Shown: positions 55,648 through 59,364 of the stretch, in pieces
Layout: each line of letters begins with the position of its first letter
Position numbering within the stretch: the first letter of the stretch is position 1
Origin: Litorivivens sp.
Lineage (GTDB): Bacteria; Pseudomonadota; Gammaproteobacteria; Pseudomonadales; Spongiibacteraceae
DNA length: 59,364 bases
Direction of reading: 5' to 3'
Assembly: GCA_041619575.1 (NCBI GenBank)
Contig: JBFKDP010000001.1
Location: forward strand, 1-59,364
Position numbers and translations under genes: made by a program
The notes under the pieces: generated by a model
The model's database searches: none
Seen by the model: only the letters and a program-made list of their open reading frames with translations
Told to the model about the DNA's origin: nothing

Positions 55648-58600
55648 GCACAATTACCCGCTGGTTTATTCACAATCCCATTGCGGCGCATCTGGTTATG
55701 GTGCTGGTATTTATCGGCGGCATCACCACGCTTCCCCAGCTGGACAAAGAGTTCTTCCCCCAGCGCAAGCTGAATCAGATCAGCATTACCGTAAATTATC
55801 CGGGCGCCAACCCGGGTGAAGTTGAAAAGCAGGTAGTGTTGCGCATTGAAGAAGCCATTGGCGATGTGGATGGTATTGAGGAAATGCGGTCGACCGCGCT
55901 GGAAGGTCAGGCCAGTGTGATTGTCGACATCGCCAGCGGGTCGGACTCACAGAGACTGCTGAACGACATTAAAACCCGGGTTGAAGGCATCACCACATTT
56001 CCTGCGGAAACGGAGCGCCCGCTTATCAATGAGCGACTCTGGCGCAGCCGCATGATCAGCATGACATTGGCTGGAGATCTCCCCGAAGGCACGCTAAAGG
56101 AGCTTGGTGAAACCATCCGGGAAGAGTTAAGCGCCCTCCCTCATGTGTCGCTCGTTGAACTGCGCACACCGCGGAACGACGAACTTGCAATCGAGGTTTC
56201 CGAGAGCGCCCTGCGCCAATACGGACTGGATTTTGATGATGTCGCGACCGCAGTGCGCCAATCGTCCATCAACATGCCGGCCGGTAAAGTTCGCACCGAT
56301 GACGGAGATATTCAGATACAGGTTAGAGGGCAGGCCAATCGCGCTGAAGATTTTTCAGACATCCCTCTACGCAGCAAGCGCGATGGCGCCGAGCTGACCG
56401 TCGCTGACGTTGCCACAGTGATTGATGGTTTTGAAGAAATTGATGTGATTGGACTATTTGACCGCAAGCCGTCCTATTCCATCGATGTCTATGTGACGAC
56501 CAAACCCAATGTACTGAAAACCAGTGCGGCTGTTCGCCAATACTTAGAGGACATTACACCTACTTTGCCGGAAGGTGTCGAACTGCGGATCTGGCGCGAC
56601 ATGTCGGTTCCATTTGCCGATCGCATGAACACTTTGCTCAGCAATGGCTTTGGCGGACTGGTACTGGTCTTTATTCTCTTGCTGCTTTTTCTGCGACCCT
56701 TGCTGGCCATCTGGGTCTGCGCCGGCATCGGCGTCGCCTTTCTCGGTGCGATATGGCTGCTGCCGGTACTCGGCACCAGCCTGAATATGGTGTCCCTGTT
56801 TGCCTTTATCCTGATACTGGGGATTGTTGTCGACGACGCCATCATTGTCGGTGAGTCCATTTACAGCGCCCAGGAACAGGGCCGCCCCGGCGCTGAAGGC
56901 GCCTGGCATGGCACACGCGCAGTGATGAAGCCCGTGTGGTTCGCGGTGATATCGACCATGCTGTTTTTTGTACCGTTTTATTTCCTGCCGGAGGAAGCCG
57001 CCGAACCCCCTAATCTGGCAGACGTGGTAATGCTCGCACTTGCTTTTTCGCTGTTTGAATCCACCATGATTCTGCCGGCACACTTGGCGCAAATGAAGCC
57101 GGAAAAGCCCGGCAAGTATGGCTGGCAACGCGCCATCGGCACAGTGCGGACACGCTTCTCGGCAGGGCTTCGCCGCATCGCAGATACGATTTACCAGCCG
57201 CTGCTGGAAGCTTGCATTGCCCGCCGTGGCATCACCGTTGCGAGTTTTATCGCCCTCTTTCTGATCATATTATCCTTCCTCTTCGGCGGTTGGATGAAAG
57301 CCAGTTTCTTCCCGCGCGTACCCGGCGATCATCTGGTCGCCAATGTCTCGCTCGAGGAAGGCATTGCGTTTGCTGAAGTCGAGCGAACCATGGAAACCAT
57401 GATCGCTGCCGCCGAGCAAATCAAGACCGAGCTCAACAAGGACGGTGAGCGACCTTTTGCCGGCAGTATTGAGGCCGCCGCCTACAACAACACGGTGCGC
57501 GTCACGCTGGAACTGCTCAATGTGGAGGAACGCAATCAACCCGTTTATCGATTGCGCGATCAATGGCTGCAATTAATCGGACCACTCCCCAATGCCCGAG
57601 ATTTGGACATCGCCTTTACCATTATCCCGCTGGGCAAGCCCATAGAGCTGCAGGTGGTCGCCAGAGATGTCGCCTTGCTGAGAGAATCTACCGATGCACT
57701 CGCGGCTGAACTTCGGCGTTATCCCGGTGTATTCAATGTTCGCAACAGCCTGGCTAACCCTCAACCGGAAATCGATCTGCAACTGAAACCACACGCGGAA
57801 TCACTCGGCGTACAGCTACGCGATGTTGCCCGGCAGGTAAGGCAGGGTTTTTACGGTGAAGAGGTGCAACGCATCCCTCGCCTTCGCGAAGATGTTCGCG
57901 TCATGGTGCGCTATCCGCGCGAGTCGCGTGAATCCATTCACAGTCTGCGGGATATGAAAATACGCACCGCTGATGGCCGCGAGATTCCTTTTGAGGCGGT
58001 GGCAGATCTCGACTTTGTAGACGGCTACACCACCATCGACCGCATAGATCGCCAGCGCGTCGCCAGCATTTCTGCTGATCTGCAGCCCGGTTTCAGCGCC
58101 GGTGCTGTTCTCGGTGCCCTGATCGACGATCCTCAATGGGAAGAACGCTTTCCCGAGGCAACTGTTCAGAAAGAAGGCGAGCAACAACGACAGTCGGAAT
58201 TCCTCGATCGCACCGCGCAGTTGATGATCCTCTCGCTGCTGTTGATTTACGGATTGATGGCGATCGTATTTCAGTCCTACTGGCAGCCCGTCATTATCAT
58301 GACCGCCATTCCCTTCGGTTTTATGGGCGGCCTGCTTGGCCATCTGCTGCTGGGGCAAGAACTTGCGATGTTTTCTGTGCTGGGCATGGTGGCCTGCGCG
58401 GGGGTTGTCGTGAATGACAACCTTGTCCTCCTTGACCGCATAAACACGCTCACAAAGGAAGGGCACAGTGCGATAGAGGCGGTTGTGCGCGGTGCACGGG
58501 ATCGATTTCGCCCAATTGTATTGACCTCCCTGACCACCTTTATCGGGCTAACCCCTATCATGCTGGAATCCTCGATTCAGGCCCAGTTTCTGAAACCCAT

Positions 58601-58733
58601 GGTGGTTGCGCTGGCCTTTGGCGTGCTCACAGCCTCGTTTATCACTTTGCTGTTTGTGCCCTGTATCTATCTACTGGGAGATGCCTTCATGACACACCTG
58701 CGAGGACTGCGCAGCGCCCCCGGCCGAACCTGA
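55644..58733 (+). CDS. RND efflux permease (AcrB-like)
   Basis: YPGA.P.EVE, LGIVVDDAIIVGE, RFRPIVLTSLTT. Confidence 0.95.
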   Translation: MSTITRWFIHNPIAAHLVMVLVFIGGITTLPQLDKEFFPQRKLNQISITVNYPGANPGEVEKQVVLRIEEAIGDVDGIEEMRSTALEGQASVIVDIASGSDSQRLLNDIKTRVEGITTFPAETERPLINERLWRSRMISMTLAGDLPEGTLKELGETIREELSALPHVSLVELRTPRNDELAIEVSESALRQYGLDFDDVATAVRQSSINMPAGKVRTDDGDIQIQVRGQANRAEDFSDIPLRSKRDGAELTVADVATVIDGFEEIDVIGLFDRKPSYSIDVYVTTKPNVLKTSAAVRQYLEDITPTLPEGVELRIWRDMSVPFADRMNTLLSNGFGGLVLVFILLLLFLRPLLAIWVCAGIGVAFLGAIWLLPVLGTSLNMVSLFAFILILGIVVDDAIIVGESIYSAQEQGRPGAEGAWHGTRAVMKPVWFAVISTMLFFVPFYFLPEEAAEPPNLADVVMLALAFSLFESTMILPAHLAQMKPEKPGKYGWQRAIGTVRTRFSAGLRRIADTIYQPLLEACIARRGITVASFIALFLIILSFLFGGWMKASFFPRVPGDHLVANVSLEEGIAFAEVERTMETMIAAAEQIKTELNKDGERPFAGSIEAAAYNNTVRVTLELLNVEERNQPVYRLRDQWLQLIGPLPNARDLDIAFTIIPLGKPIELQVVARDVALLRESTDALAAELRRYPGVFNVRNSLANPQPEIDLQLKPHAESLGVQLRDVARQVRQGFYGEEVQRIPRLREDVRVMVRYPRESRESIHSLRDMKIRTADGREIPFEAVADLDFVDGYTTIDRIDRQRVASISADLQPGFSAGAVLGALIDDPQWEERFPEATVQKEGEQQRQSEFLDRTAQLMILSLLLIYGLMAIVFQSYWQPVIIMTAIPFGFMGGLLGHLLLGQELAMFSVLGMVACAGVVVNDNLVLLDRINTLTKEGHSAIEAVVRGARDRFRPIVLTSLTTFIGLTPIMLESSIQAQFLKPMVVALAFGVLTASFITLLFVPCIYLLGDAFMTHLRGLRSAPGRT

Positions 58734-58798
58734 TTACTGCAAGTCGCCAGCCTGCTTGCTAGAATCTGCAGCCCTCCACCAACAGGCGCGGATTTGAC

Positions 58799-59364
58799 AT
58801 GCGGTTGCGCAATATCTCACTCACACTTGGCTGCAAAACTGTCCTGCACGCCATAGACTGGACGCTGGCCCGGGGAGAGTGCTGGGCGATACTCGGCGCC
58901 AATGCTTCCGGTAAAAGTTCCCTGGCACGAGTGTTGAGCGGCGCACTGCAGGCACACGGTGCAATAGAAGACCGACCGGACCGGGTGCAATGGGTTTCCC
59001 TGGAATCGCAGCAGGCTCTGTATGAAGAGGAGTTATACCGGGATGAAAGCGATTTGCTCAATGAAATTGACGAGGGGCGCAGCGTTCGGCACCTGCTGCT
59101 TGAAACAGCGCCCTGGTCTGCTTTTCACGACGAGCTGTGTACCGCTCTCAAACTGACTCACTTGCTTGATCGCGGCTATCGGCGCCTGAGCAGCGGCGAA
59201 GGACGCCGCACCCTGCTGGCCTGCGCCCTGCTGCAAAAACCTGATCTACTGATCCTGGACGAACCTTTTGAAGGCCTGGATCACGACAGTTACGAACAGC
59301 TTCATCAGGCGCTAAACACACTGGTTATGCAGGGCCAATGGCTGGTATTGGTGGTTAATCAGAC
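58799..59364 (+). CDS. modF: ABC ATP-binding protein, ModF-like (runs off window)
   Basis: Manual translation: GANASGKS Walker A, LSSGEGRR, ILDEPFEGLD. Confidence 0.7.
   Translation, partial: MRLRNISLTLGCKTVLHAIDWTLARGECWAILGANASGKSSLARVLSGALQAHGAIEDRPDRVQWVSLESQQALYEEELYRDESDLLNEIDEGRSVRHLLLETAPWSAFHDELCTALKLTHLLDRGYRRLSSGEGRRTLLACALLQKPDLLILDEPFEGLDHDSYEQLHQALNTLVMQGQWLVLVVNQ

Overview
This is a GC-rich bacterial, probably gammaproteobacterial (inferred), window almost entirely filled by one catabolic island of about 58 kb. It is bounded by a partial flavin monooxygenase on the left and a partial ModF-like ATPase on the right. It co-locates homologues of plant chlorophyll-breakdown enzymes: three red-chlorophyll-catabolite-reductase (RCCR)/ferredoxin-dependent bilin reductase-like proteins, two NOL/NYC1 (chlorophyll b reductase)-like SDRs, a chlorophyllase-like hydrolase and a Rieske oxygenase. 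Alongside them is a plausible lower pathway for substituted maleimides/maleates: two PuuE-like imidases, two NicF-like amidases, LeuCD, two CoA-transferase + HMG-CoA-lyase-like pairs and two Cys-less maleate-isomerase-like proteins. A TonB receptor, MFS and RND transporters and a GST are also present. A shared AT-rich operator-like motif recurs in nine promoter regions. Working hypothesis: a bacterial chlorophyll/tetrapyrrole catabolic regulon. The window also holds an HD-domain gene with a premature stop, a 268-bp MITE and REP-like palindromes. Family calls rest on motifs recognised by eye; no database search was run.
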